NCBI RefSeq assembly: GCF_006345805.1 | Contig: NW_021823872.1 | Span: 1-20,876 of the forward strand | Direction: 5' to 3' | Source: Octopus sinensis | Lineage: Eukaryota | DNA: 20,876 nucleotides | Part shown: positions 6,778 to 16,420 of the stretch, piece after piece | How the letters are laid out: each line of letters opens with the position of its first letter | Numbering within the stretch: position 1 is the first letter of the stretch | Translations under genes and position numbers: made by a program | The notes under the pieces: generated by a model | What the model was told of the DNA's origin: nothing | The model's database searches: none | The model's input: the letters and a program-made list of their open reading frames with translations, nothing else

Positions 6778-7945
6778 GAGAATCCGTGGAATGTTTTAAC
6801 AAATTTTCTCTGTTCTTGTAACCTATCACATTTGAAGAATGTGAATCAGTTTGCTTAATGATTTTTCTTTTATTTTTGCAGAACCCTGGATTTTCCAGAA
6901 TATCTAATGCAATTCTGTCGTTGTGTAGCCCAATGCCTCTATGACAATAGAAACAAATAGAAACAAATGAAACTTTATAATCTGAATATAACAACCAGAG
7001 TTTTATCATCAGTTCTCCATAGATATTTTCCTTTCCCCCGAAGTGTTTAATGAGGCATTCACATTCACTGTGTAAATGAGTTCTTCAACAGAGCATATCT
7101 TTTGCTCTCTGCTTCATTTCGTGCATACACCGAGTTGCTGTTACCATTGGAAAATAGCGGAATGAGGTATTTTAAAGTCCAGATACATTCTGGTTTAGTT
7201 GCGTCTTTGGTAGACCATCAAGACAGTCCTTCCCCTGTACAGCATTGCAGACGGTTTTAGCGATAATGTCATGTTTCAAGGCACGTGGCTTAGTGGATAA
7301 GGTATTCGGCTCACAATCGTAAGCTCATGAGTTCAATTTCCGGTGACGCATTGCCTCCTTGAGCAAGACACTTTATTTCATATTGCGCCAGTCCACTCAG
7401 CTAGCAAATATATATAGTACCTGTAATTCAAAGGGCCAGCCTTGTCACACTTTGTCAGGTCGAATCTCCCTGAGAACTATGTTAAGATTACACGTGTCTG
7501 TGGAGTACCCAGCCACTTGCACGTTAATTTAACGATCAAGCTGTTCCGTCGATCGAATAAACTAGAACGGAGTGTCATGTTTTACGGAAAGATATTAAAC
7601 AGCTACACATAATATGGTTACTTTTCACACTTGTACGGAAGAGTCGACATATTCCATCACAGCAAAAAGGACTAACTCTCTTGCTGATCAGGTATTTAGT
7701 AATTAACACCCGACCCTGGATAGCGAAGGCGCAGCCTTCTAGCTGAGACGTAATGTAAATATTGCAGGTTTAGCAGAAGCTATAATTCCAGGTAACATTG
7801 CTAGTTCTCTCTAGCTTGCTGGATATAAAATTCTACAGGTATGGTTAACAATTCTTTTCCAAGTCTTTATTTAGGTAGCTCAGTCTAGTAACCCTTCATT
7901 CCCCTAGAAAATTTGTACAATACAAAATACTTGTTCAGAAGCACT
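6778..7945 (-). pseudogene. Second, more diverged RLE-type (R4-like) retrotransposon 3' fragment, split by a SINE
   Basis: Minus translation across frameshifts: NIYITSQLEGCAFAIQGRVLITKYLISKR..CDGICRL..NHIMCSC..YLSVKHDIIAKTV..KENIYGELMIKLWLLYSDYKVSF..VIEALGY..TEKICKTF. The reading continues across the 7277-7572 insertion. Confident core 6780-7790; upstream limit approximate. Confidence 0.75.
7277..7572 (+). mobile_element. tRNA/CORE-like SINE with type A 3' tail, 10-bp TSD
   Basis: TSD tgtcatgttt at 7267-7276 and 7573-7582; head ggcacgtggcttagtgg..gagttcaattt; tail tacctgtaattcaaagggccagccttgtcac..ccacttgcacgttaattt. Confidence 0.9.
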
Positions 7946-8029
7946 TCAACCTAGTGGCATGATTTTATTAACCCCACGTTTAAATATGCATGTGATGTAC
8001 TCATTTCTCTCAGAGTACTCATTCGTGTA

Positions 8030-8391
8030 AGAATGTGCACATGCATGTGAGTACTCATATGTATATGCTTGTTTATGCGTGATTGCGTGCATGTAAATGT
8101 GTGTCTGTGCGTTTAGCCACGTGAATTTATGAGCATTTGTACATATTTGTATTGGAGTGTATATGCCTGTGTGACACAGTGCGGTACTCAAATGCGCCTG
8201 GACTCATTTTAGTGTCTCTGCCTCCAAAATTCCTTTTAACATAAATCCTGTCAGTGTCTCTATTGATGTGGATCTTACTAGTCCTTGTTAGTATCTTAGT
8301 CCTGATATCCAACAAGCGGGTATTTTCTAGTGTTCAGTCTAGTATCAAAAGTCATGATACTAGCACGGACACTACAAAGCTTTGTGGTATA
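8030..8391 (+). repeat. Left member of a ~350 bp inverted repeat pair (partner 12633-12975)
   Basis: Colinear reverse-complement blocks, e.g. ctggactcattttagtgtctct / agagacactaaaatgagtccag and gatactagcacggacactacaaagctttgtggtata / tataccacaaagctttgtagtgtccgtgctagtatc. Confidence 0.9.
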
Positions 8392-8619
8392 TAATTTTAA
8401 TGAAATATCTGGCAATTTGCTGAAGTATTCTTTGTCATTCTAGCTTTGGTCACGGTACCACCATGTGCCCTATTTTCGGCCGTTGGTAGCCATGTTGCTT
8501 GCCGAGTTGACAACATTTCCCCATTTCACAACGATATAAGAACAATTATACAATCCGGATTATATTCGTATGCCGCATGAGAATGTCGTGCCCACTTATA
8601 ATTGCTTCTTTGTTCCATT

Positions 8620-8943
8620 ATGTATGTATGTATGTACGTATGTATGTATGTATGTATGTATGTATGTATGTATGTATGTATGTATGTATGTATGTATGTA
8701 TGTATGTATGTGTGTGTGTATGTATGTATGTATGGAAATATATTTATATATATATGCATAAATGTCTGTGCCTATATCTCTCCTTATATATATACGTATA
8801 TGTATGTATGTATTATGTATGTATGTATGTATGTATGTATGTATGTGTGTGTGTGTATGTATGTATGTATGTATGTATATATATTTATATATATATATAT
8901 ATGCATGCATGTTTGTGCCTATATCTCTCCTTATATATATACG

Positions 8944-8975
<32 letters not shown>

Positions 8976-9000
8976 TGTATGTATATATGTATGTATATAT
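8620..9000. repeat. (TATG)n compound array containing a duplicated ~150-160 bp higher-order unit
   Basis: The unique core tgtgcctatatctctccttatatatatacgtatatgtatgtatgta occurs twice (from ~8768 and ~8914). Confidence 0.9.
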
Positions 9001-9194
9001 GGATATTTTGTTGTTAGAGTTAGGTTATAAAATTATAAAGATTAAAGCAACGAAAAGATGTATTTCTTGTAACAGAGTCAAATTTATTACAATATTCGCA
9101 ACAGTTTGAATAAGCCACCAAAAGTGAAACATGAAGTTGCAGTTAAGACAATAGTTATTAATAAATATTACATATATGGTACGACGTAGACGTA

Positions 9195-9500
9195 TATACA
9201 CACACACACGCACACACACAAACAAATATACACACACAGGTAGACACACAAACTCACACACACACACACACGCACACACACAGACATACAGACACACACA
9301 CGTGCCCACACGCACAAGCACACACACACATAAGCACACACACACACATATATACACACACAGGTAGACACACAAGCACACACACACACACGCACACACA
9401 CAGAGACATACAGACACACACTCGTGCCCACACGCACAAGCACACACACACACACACACACACACACCACACACACACACACAAAAGCATATACATATAC
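9195..9500. repeat. Degenerate (CA)n array with a ~122-bp tandem duplication
   Basis: acacaggtagacacacaa and gtgcccacacgcacaagcac each occur twice about 122 bp apart. Confidence 0.9.
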
Positions 9501-9626
9501 TCTTTCTGTTATTCTCTTGCTAAGTGTGCTGACAGCAGCACCATGTTGGAACACCATTTTAATGGTTCCAGTCATCCAACTTAACCCTGTACTCATTTTT
9601 AGTCTCGTACTTATTACATCGATCTC
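9500..9626 (-). mobile_element. Highly diverged type B SINE 3' fragment
   Basis: gcagcaccatgttggaacacc and cgtacttattacatcgatctc resemble the reverse complement of the type B 3' module. Confidence 0.4.
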
Positions 9627-9639
9627 AATGTGAGAAACT

Positions 9640-10028
9640 GTGGTGGAAGCACTCCGTCGGTTACGACGATGAAGGTTCCGGTTGATCCGATCAACGGAAC
9701 AGCCTGCTCGTGAAATTAACGTGTAAGTGGCTGAGCACTCCACAGACACGTGTACCCTTAACGTAGTTCTCGGGGATATTCAGCGTGACACAGAGAGTTA
9801 CAAGGCCGGCCCTTTGAAATACAGGTACAACAGAAACAGGAAGTAAGAGTGAGAGAAAGTTGTGGTGAAAGAGTACAGCAGGGATCACCACCATCCCTGC
9901 CGGAGCCTCGTGGAGCTTTAGATGTTTTCGCTCAATAAACACTCACAACGCCCGGTCTGGGAATCGAAACCGCGATCCTACGACCGCGAGTCCGCTGCCC
10001 TAACCACTGGGTCATTGCGCCTCCACAT
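9640..10028 (-). mobile_element. tRNA-derived SINE type A, full-length, young, 12-bp TSD
   Basis: TSD atgtgagaaact at 9628-9639 and 10029-10040; tRNA-like head ggaggcgcaatgacccagtggttagggcagcggactcgcggtcgtaggatcgcggtttcgattccc; very similar to 15221-15608. Confidence 0.95.
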
Positions 10029-10204
10029 ATGTGAGAAACTACCCACATACAGGACATACTGTCATCACTTAATGCAGACACAAAGGCTTAACCCATATAT
10101 GCCCATACAAAATTTCACTGTATTTAGATTAAACGTTATGGTAAGCTTTCACAATCTGGAAGAGAAGGACAGTATGCAACTGTTAGCTACAGGTGTCGAC
10201 TATA

Positions 10205-10958
10205 CAGTGATACCTCATTTATCGCGGTAGATTGGTTTCGAGACTGACCGCGATAAGTGAATTTCCGTGAAGTAGGAACACCATATTTACAGTATTTAGT
10301 TAACGTGTATTTGGACTTTTAAAGCCCTCCTTATACTGCTGACAACTCACCCATTACAGTAGCCGTCCAAGAATTTGGACCTGGAGATCACCATTTCCAG
10401 CGACTTCGGGGGCCACCTCCCAGTGGTGTCGGGCGTCAATAAGAGCCCTCGATTACAATAAGACGGCCAAAGTTTTTTTTTTTCGAAGGTCTGGGGTCTC
10501 CCGCTCCTAAGCCCTAGACCATCACCTAATCTTACTTACTCGTCTTGTTGCTTAACAACAACAACAACCAATTACAGTAGTCTATTAATAACAAGGTCAA
10601 CTGTTAAGCGATACCACTTTAGATTTTAAAAATATAAAGATTGCTACTGTACTCAACACGCAAGAAGTTGAAGTAAAATTTGAATGATGATGGTGATGAA
10701 TTTGCTGCACAGTAGAAATGATGATGATGAAGCTGACGGCGGTGCCAATCACGGCCCATCTTAAGTTCAAATACCCCTGCATATGCTTTTTTGCTATTTT
10801 ACGCTTGTTTTGTTGTTCCTAGACTAGGAAATAATATTTATTATTAATGTTTTAATTGATTTAATGAAAAATTTTAGGTGTTTATATATAAACATTTTAA
10901 AAATTTGCGAAGTCGTGAATCCGCGATAGTTGAACCGCCAAGTAGCGAGGGATCACTC
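10205..10958. mobile_element. Non-autonomous pogo/Tigger-like DNA transposon
   Basis: TA|CAGTGATACCTC..ATCGCGG at left and CGAGGGATCACTC|TA at right (10 of 12 terminal bases match); subterminal ccgcgata motifs at both ends; no transposase ORF. Confidence 0.7.
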
Positions 10959-11025
10959 TATACTGAACATTTCGTGTGCTGTCAGAAGCTTCCCGGCGAG
11001 TTCATATTCAAACAAGTAGGAGCAG

Positions 11026-11698
11026 GAAAATTACTATTTTTAAATCTCACAACGTGAGATATTCAGCAACAGTACTTTTTAGTAAACATTGTGCACCAAC
11101 ATAACATGGCACTCCTGGTTTAGGACTAATGTTGCTGTAATTTAGCCCCAGGAGACATCATCTCTAGCTAGCTATACGACACGATCTGTGTCCTTATATC
11201 TTCGAACAAGGGGGTGCTAGATTCCCTTGTTCGAAAATATAAGGGCACAGATCGTGTCGTATAGCCAGCTGGAGACGATGCTCTCCAGGACGCAACTGGT
11301 ACTTAATTTATCGACCCCGAAAGGATGAAAAGTAAAGTCGACCTGGGCGGAATTTGAACCCAGAACGTAAAGACGAAATACCTATTTCTTTACTACCCAC
11401 AAGGGGCTAAACACAGACAGGACAGACAAACGGATTATGTCGATTATATCAACCCCAGTGCGTAACTGGTGCTTATTTAATCGACCCGAAAGGATAAAAG
11501 GCAAAGTCGACCTCGGCGGAATTTGAACTCAGAACGTAACGGCAGACGAAATACGGCTACGCATTTCGCCCGGCGTGCTAACGTTTCTGCCAGGTCGCCG
11601 CCTTTGGAGCGTCGAATATTGGGTCAAAGTCGAAAGTTGCTATTGTGACTAAATTACAGTAACATTAGTCTTAAACCAGGACTGCCATGTTATGTTGG
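11026..11698. repeat. Interrupted long palindrome (foldback/MITE-like)
   Basis: Inner arms 11156-11212 / 11224-11280 (52/57 complementary, 11-nt loop); outer arms 11096-11145 / 11649-11698 (47/50); right arm interrupted by 11290-11648. Confidence 0.92.
11290..11603 (-). mobile_element. Type C SINE dimer (complete young unit fused to a headless second unit), truncated; part of a local duplication
   Basis: Same organisation and shared variant (gtcgacctgggcgg) as 13345-13739. Confidence 0.9.
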
Positions 11699-11999
11699 CA
11701 AACTATCTTTACTACAAAATAGTAGCAGGTTTTCGTTGCGAAAACGCGACCAGGGTATATATGGTTTAATAAGTATCAATTTTGTTTATTCACTCAGGAT
11801 TAAAGCAATACAAGAATAGAACGAGAACTTTTTTACTTTTTTACATAATACATGTTTAGAAAAGAAAAAATTAAATTAGCGTGATATAATTATCCATACT
11901 AGTGATAAAGTGAAAAATGTGCATGCAAACTTACGAATATTATACAAAAATTGTATTTTAGTTATGACATTTGGTTTTTTTTACTATAGTTGCATGAAA

Positions 12000-12232
12000 G
12001 GCAGCGAGCTGGCAGAAACGTTAGCACGCCGGGTGAAATACGTGGCCGTATTTCGTCTACCGTTACGTTCTGAGTTCAAATTCCGCCGAGGTCGACTTTG
12101 CCTTTCAGCCTTTCGGGGTCGATAAATTAAGTACCAATTACGCACTGGGGTCAATGTAATCGACTTAATCCGTTTGTTTATCCTTGATTGTCCTCTCTGT
12201 GTTTAGCCTCTTGTGGGTAGTAAAGAAATATA
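12000..12232 (+). mobile_element. Type C SINE, young subfamily, full-length, ~18-bp TSD
   Basis: TSD tactatagttgcatgaaa (11982-11999) / tactataactgcatgaaa (12233-12250), 2 mismatches; tail gtgggtagtaaagaaata. Confidence 0.95.
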
Positions 12233-12317
12233 TACTATAACTGCATGAAATAAGCGATAAATATTTTGTTTCAAATTTTAACAGAAGGCCAGACATTTTA
12301 GGAGAGTAGGTAAATTA

Positions 12318-12384
12318 GAAAATTACTATTTTTAAATCTCACAACGTGAGATATTCAACAACAGTACTTTGTAGTAAAGATTGT
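12318..12384 (+). repeat. 67-bp direct copy of 11026-11092
   Basis: gaaaattactatttttaaatctcacaacgtgagatattca(g/a)caacagtacttt(t/g)tagtaaa(c/g)attgt; 3 differences. Confidence 0.92.
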
Positions 12385-12389
12385 AAAGG

Positions 12390-12550
12390 GGGTAAATTGG
12401 TTACATCGACCCCAATGTTCAACTGGTAGTTATTTTATAGACGCCGAAAGGATGAAAGGCAAACTCAACATCAGCAGACCGTAAAGACGGACGAAACGGT
12501 GCAAAGCATTCTGCCTGGTGTGCTAACGATTCTGCCAGCTCATCGCTTTA
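12390..12550 (-). mobile_element. Type C SINE, diverged
   Basis: ttacatcgaccccaatgttcaactggta..gaaaggatgaaaggcaaa..tgctaacgattctgccagctc is the reverse complement of the type C consensus. Confidence 0.8.
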
Positions 12551-12556
12551 AAGCTC

Positions 12557-12635
12557 TTTGATCATACGACAATAAGATCTGTTATGTTTGATCATATCTC
12601 GCTAAGACCTGTTATATCACACTAAGATCTGTTAT
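12557..12635. repeat. Degenerate tandem repeat: taaga(t/c)ctgttat x3 with tttgatcata x2
   Basis: 13-mer at 12573, 12603 and 12623; 10-mer at 12557 and 12587. Confidence 0.8.
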
Positions 12636-12975
12636 ACCACAAAGCTTTGTAGTGTCCGTGCTAGTATCATTACTTGCGATACTAGAGGGAACACTTGAAA
12701 ATATCAAGGAGGACACTAACAACGGCTAGTAAAACCAACGTCAATATAGAGACACTGACAGGTTTTACGTTAAAAGGAAGGGTGGAGTTAGAGACACTAA
12801 AATGAGTCCAGGGAGCATTTGAGTGCCGCATTGTATCACACACGCATATACACTCCAATACAAATATGTACTAATGTTCATAAATTCACATGGCTAAACA
12901 CACAGTCACACATTTACATGCATATCGCGAATAAACAAGCATATACATATGCGAACACGCACGAATGTGCACACT
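12633..12975 (-). repeat. Right member of the inverted repeat pair (partner 8030-8391)
   Basis: See the 8030-8391 entry. Confidence 0.9.
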
Positions 12976-13344
12976 CACACACGCATAAGTAATCTTAGAG
13001 CAATGACGGACAAGCTTATCGTGTCACAACTGGTTCCTTTTCCAGTTGTTTTCGGTTTTATTTATTTATTTATTTTTAGCAAAAGCTCAGGAGTCGGATG
13101 CTTTATGGATGTTCATTTGCTGTGACCATCTTCAAGGGAAAAGCAAAAAAACAATGGTCGTTGTTTTCTGAGCGCCATCGGTTAGGGCAGATGTGAGAAA
13201 TTATTTCAATTATAGATTGATACATTCACTGTTTTCATTGTAAGAATTTATAAACTTTGAGAGAATTGAAGTAAATTAATTCTGCTTATTTTTACAGTAA
13301 AACTCGAGGCAGATAAAGCTATAAATAATAGCGCGTAGAATATT

Positions 13345-13739
13345 CTTTTCTACTCGAGTTACAAGGCCTGACATTTTGGGGAAGGGGCCAGTTGATTAGA
13401 TCAACCCCAGTACGCAACTGGTACTTACTTTATCGAACCCGAAAGGATGAAATACAAAGTCGACCTGGGCGGAATTTGAACTCAGAACGTAAAGAAAAAT
13501 ACCTATTTCTTTACTACCCACAAGGGGCTAAACACAGAGAGGGCAAACAAGAACAGACAAACGGATTAAGTCAATTATATCGACCCAGTGCGTAACTGGT
13601 ACTTATTTAAACGACCCCGAAATGATGAAAGGCAAAGTCGACCTCGGCGGAATTTGAACTCAGAACGTAACGGCAGACGAAATACGGCTACGCATTTCGC
13701 CCGGCGAGCTAACGTTTCTGCCAGCTCGCCGCCTTTAGA
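13345..13739 (-). mobile_element. Type C SINE dimer bounded by a 12-bp TSD
   Basis: TSD gcgtagaatatt at 13333-13344 and 13740-13751; on the minus strand the young unit ends ..gtagtaaagaaataggtattt and runs directly into ctttacgttctgagttcaaat of a headless unit with the older tail. Confidence 0.92.
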
Positions 13740-14345
13740 GCGTAGAATATTAGGTCAAAGTCGAAAGTTGCTATTGTGACTAAAATTCACAATTTTTGCG
13801 AATGTGATAGATGTCCTAATGATTAAACCAAAGCAACAATTTGAATTTTATCCACGTATATCATGTTCGTGGATGTAAATTCAAATGTCACGAACAACCT
13901 TCAATTTTTTTCCATCCAAAGGTTTCTTTAATCCACTGTTTTACAGGCTGTTACTTTTAGCTTTATCTACTTTGAATACCATCGCACAAAGAATAATAAT
14001 TTACACATATATATATATATATAAAACAAAGTAAAGTTTTAAGGTACCGCACGAATGATAATATATATGAAAGAAGGTTTGAAAATGCAAAGGACGTTTA
14101 GAGATGTTTATTGACTTGACCGATTTTTAGAAAAAGATTGTCAAAAGTAAAATGTAAAGCTTTGTATAAGCTTTGTTGTATTAAGTACTGGTTATCACAA
14201 AAGTATTAAAATGCAGTTATACATTCTTTGATTATAATAAGAAAATGTTAAAGACAGTTTACAAGAAAGTATTTAAGAAACTATTCCAGAACGGGACTAC
14301 AAAAAGTATTTTGAGTTCAATAAAAATCATGTTTGTTTGGCAGTA

Positions 14346-14362
14346 GTATATATATATATATT

Positions 14363-14422
<60 letters not shown>
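14346..14422. repeat. (TA)n array
   Basis: Direct inspection. Confidence 0.97.
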
Positions 14423-14426
<4 letters not shown>

Positions 14427-14589
14427 AGATATATTTAAGAATTTACAAAAAACTGGTGAGGAATAACTGACCTGTCTGTCTGACATTTTAATCCTTTGCA
14501 TTTTCAAACCTTCTTTCTTATATATATATACATATATATACACACGCACTCTCACACGTATGCACGCCCGCAAGCGCGCACACACACGA

Positions 14590-14759
14590 CGAGGTATGGC
14601 TGTGCGGTAACAAGTTTGCTTCCCAACCACATGGTTCGGGATTCAGTCCTACTGCGTGGTACCTTAAGTAAGTTTCTTTCTACTTTCGTCTACCGGATCC
14701 ACCTTTGTGAGTGGATTCGGTCGGCGTAAACTGAAGGAATCTCGTCACATATAAATTTC

Positions 14760-14805
<46 letters not shown>

Positions 14806-15020
14806 TGCCTGTGTTTGCCTCCCATCACCATCGGAGAACCGGTGCTGGTGTGTTTATAACCTCGTAACATAGCGGTTCGACAAGCGAGACAGAAAGAATA
14901 CGAACCAGTTAGAAAAAAAAAAACAAAAGCACTTGAGACGATTCATTCGACTAAAACTTTTTCAAGAGAGTGCCCCAACATGGCCACAGTCTAATAGGTG
15001 AAACAAGTAAAAGATAAAAC
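14590..15020 (+). mobile_element. CORE-type SINE (type B), full-length, internal (TG)n
   Basis: Head gtatggctgtgcggtaacaagtttgcttcccaaccacatggttc; 3' module catagcggttcgac..gtgccccaacatggccacagtc..gaaacaagtaaaagataaaa. Confidence 0.88.
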
Positions 15021-15220
15021 GGAGATACCGTTTGTCAATAAATACCTCTCGGACGTAATCCAAGGACTCAATATAACTCACTCTCTATGTTATATTCATT
15101 ATAGTTATATGTTTCTATGTATTGGATACAGTGCAACTTTAGTATTCACTATTGATGGCTTGTTCAACGAGACACGTTGAATATGCTGTCACAGGCAAAA
15201 CGACAAGACACTATGGATGA

Positions 15221-15608
15221 GTGAAGCACTCCGTCGGTTACGACGATGAGGGTTCCGATTGAACCGAATCAACGGAACAGCCTGCTCGTGAAATTAACGT
15301 GTAAGTGGCTGAGCATTCCACAGACACGTGCACCCTTAACGTAGTTCTCGGGGAGATTCAGCGTGACACAGAGAGTGACAAGGCCGGTCCCTTTAAAATA
15401 CAGGTACAACAGAAACAGGAAGTAAGAGTGAGAGAAAGTTGTGGTGAAAGAGTACAGCAATGATCACCACCATCCCCTGCCGGAGCCTCGTGGAGCTTTT
15501 AGGTGTTTTCGCTCAATAAACACTCACAACGCCCGGTCTGGGAATCGAAACCGCGATCCTATGACCGCGAGTCCGCTGCCCTAACCACTGGGCCATTGCG
15601 CCTCCACA
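15221..15608 (-). mobile_element. tRNA-derived SINE type A, full-length, young, ~11-bp TSD
   Basis: TSD actatggatga (15210-15220) / actttggatga (15609-15619), 1 mismatch; very similar to 9640-10028. Confidence 0.95.
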
Positions 15609-15744
15609 ACTTTGGATGAAGTCCGTTAGAAATAGATAAATAAATAAAATATTCTGATTGGTTTTTTTCCATCAAAGATTGACTAATGCAATTTACACTT
15701 GATAGATATGCTGCGCGTAGGAATATATTAATGAACAAATAAAA

Positions 15745-15902
15745 GAAACATGGCGGTAGAGTTAAGAAACTCATTTTGTAACCACGTGGTTTTGGGCTAA
15801 GCCCCACGGCACAGAACTTTGGGTGTCTCCTAAAATAGATTCGAGAATTTGCGACAGTCTTCCAAATAATTTCCACTCAGTATCTGTCAGTATGTCTGTC
15901 TG

Positions 15903-15959
<57 letters not shown>

Positions 15960-16015
15960 ATGTCTGTCTGTCTGTCTATCTATCAATCTGTCTGTCTATA
16001 TATCTATCTGTCTAT

Positions 16016-16053
<38 letters not shown>

Positions 16054-16075
16054 GTATATCTGTCTGTCTGCCTGC

Positions 16076-16113
<38 letters not shown>

Positions 16114-16420
16114 GTCTATCTATCTATCTATCTATCTATCATCTATCTATCTATGATACATACATACATACATACATACATACATACATACATACATACA
16201 TACACACACACTCATAGAAATCTGTATGTTTGTGTTTACCTACGACTACCACTTCGAAACCATTGTTGGATTGTTTGCGGTCCCATAACTTAGCGGTTAG
16301 ACAAAAGAATCCGATAGAATAAGTACGGTGTGGCTGGGTGATTGGCGGTGAATATTCGACTAAAACCTTCAAGGTGGTGCCCCAGCGTGGCCGTTGTCCA
16401 ATGACTGAAAAAAAGAACAC
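15745..16420 (+). mobile_element. CORE-type SINE (type B), diverged, inflated by a ~330 bp (TCTA)n/(TCTG)n/(TACA)n array
   Basis: Head remnant catggcggtagagttaagaaac..aaccacgtggttttggg before the array (~15890-16215); 3' module cataacttagcggttagacaaaag..gtgccccagcgtggccg..gactgaaa after it. Confidence 0.75.

Noticed and set aside
6882-6960. Host terminal coding exon TLDFPEYLMQFCRCVAQCLYDNRNK*
   Set aside because: The opposite strand is colinear with an RLE retrotransposon C-terminus over hundreds of bases; kept only as an exonisation hypothesis.
7715-7850. Plus-strand LRRNVNIAGLAEAIIPG as an APE endonuclease remnant or 24-nt micro-exon
   Set aside because: The minus strand gives a better, contiguous match (NIYITSQLEGCAFAIQ..TKYLISKR) to the RLE element.
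9950-10026. SINE heads here, at ~15530-15607 and at 17209-17285 as genuine tRNA genes
   Set aside because: Acceptor and anticodon stems do not close properly, and each continues into a shared SINE body, two of them with TSDs.
12557-12635. CRISPR-like repeat-spacer array
   Set aside because: 13-bp repeats, 7-17 bp partly repeated spacers, eukaryotic context and no cas genes.
13060-13200. T-rich acceptor (tttatttttag) followed by short open frames
   Set aside because: No convincing donor, no recognisable peptide, and T-rich AG sites are common in this AT-rich DNA.
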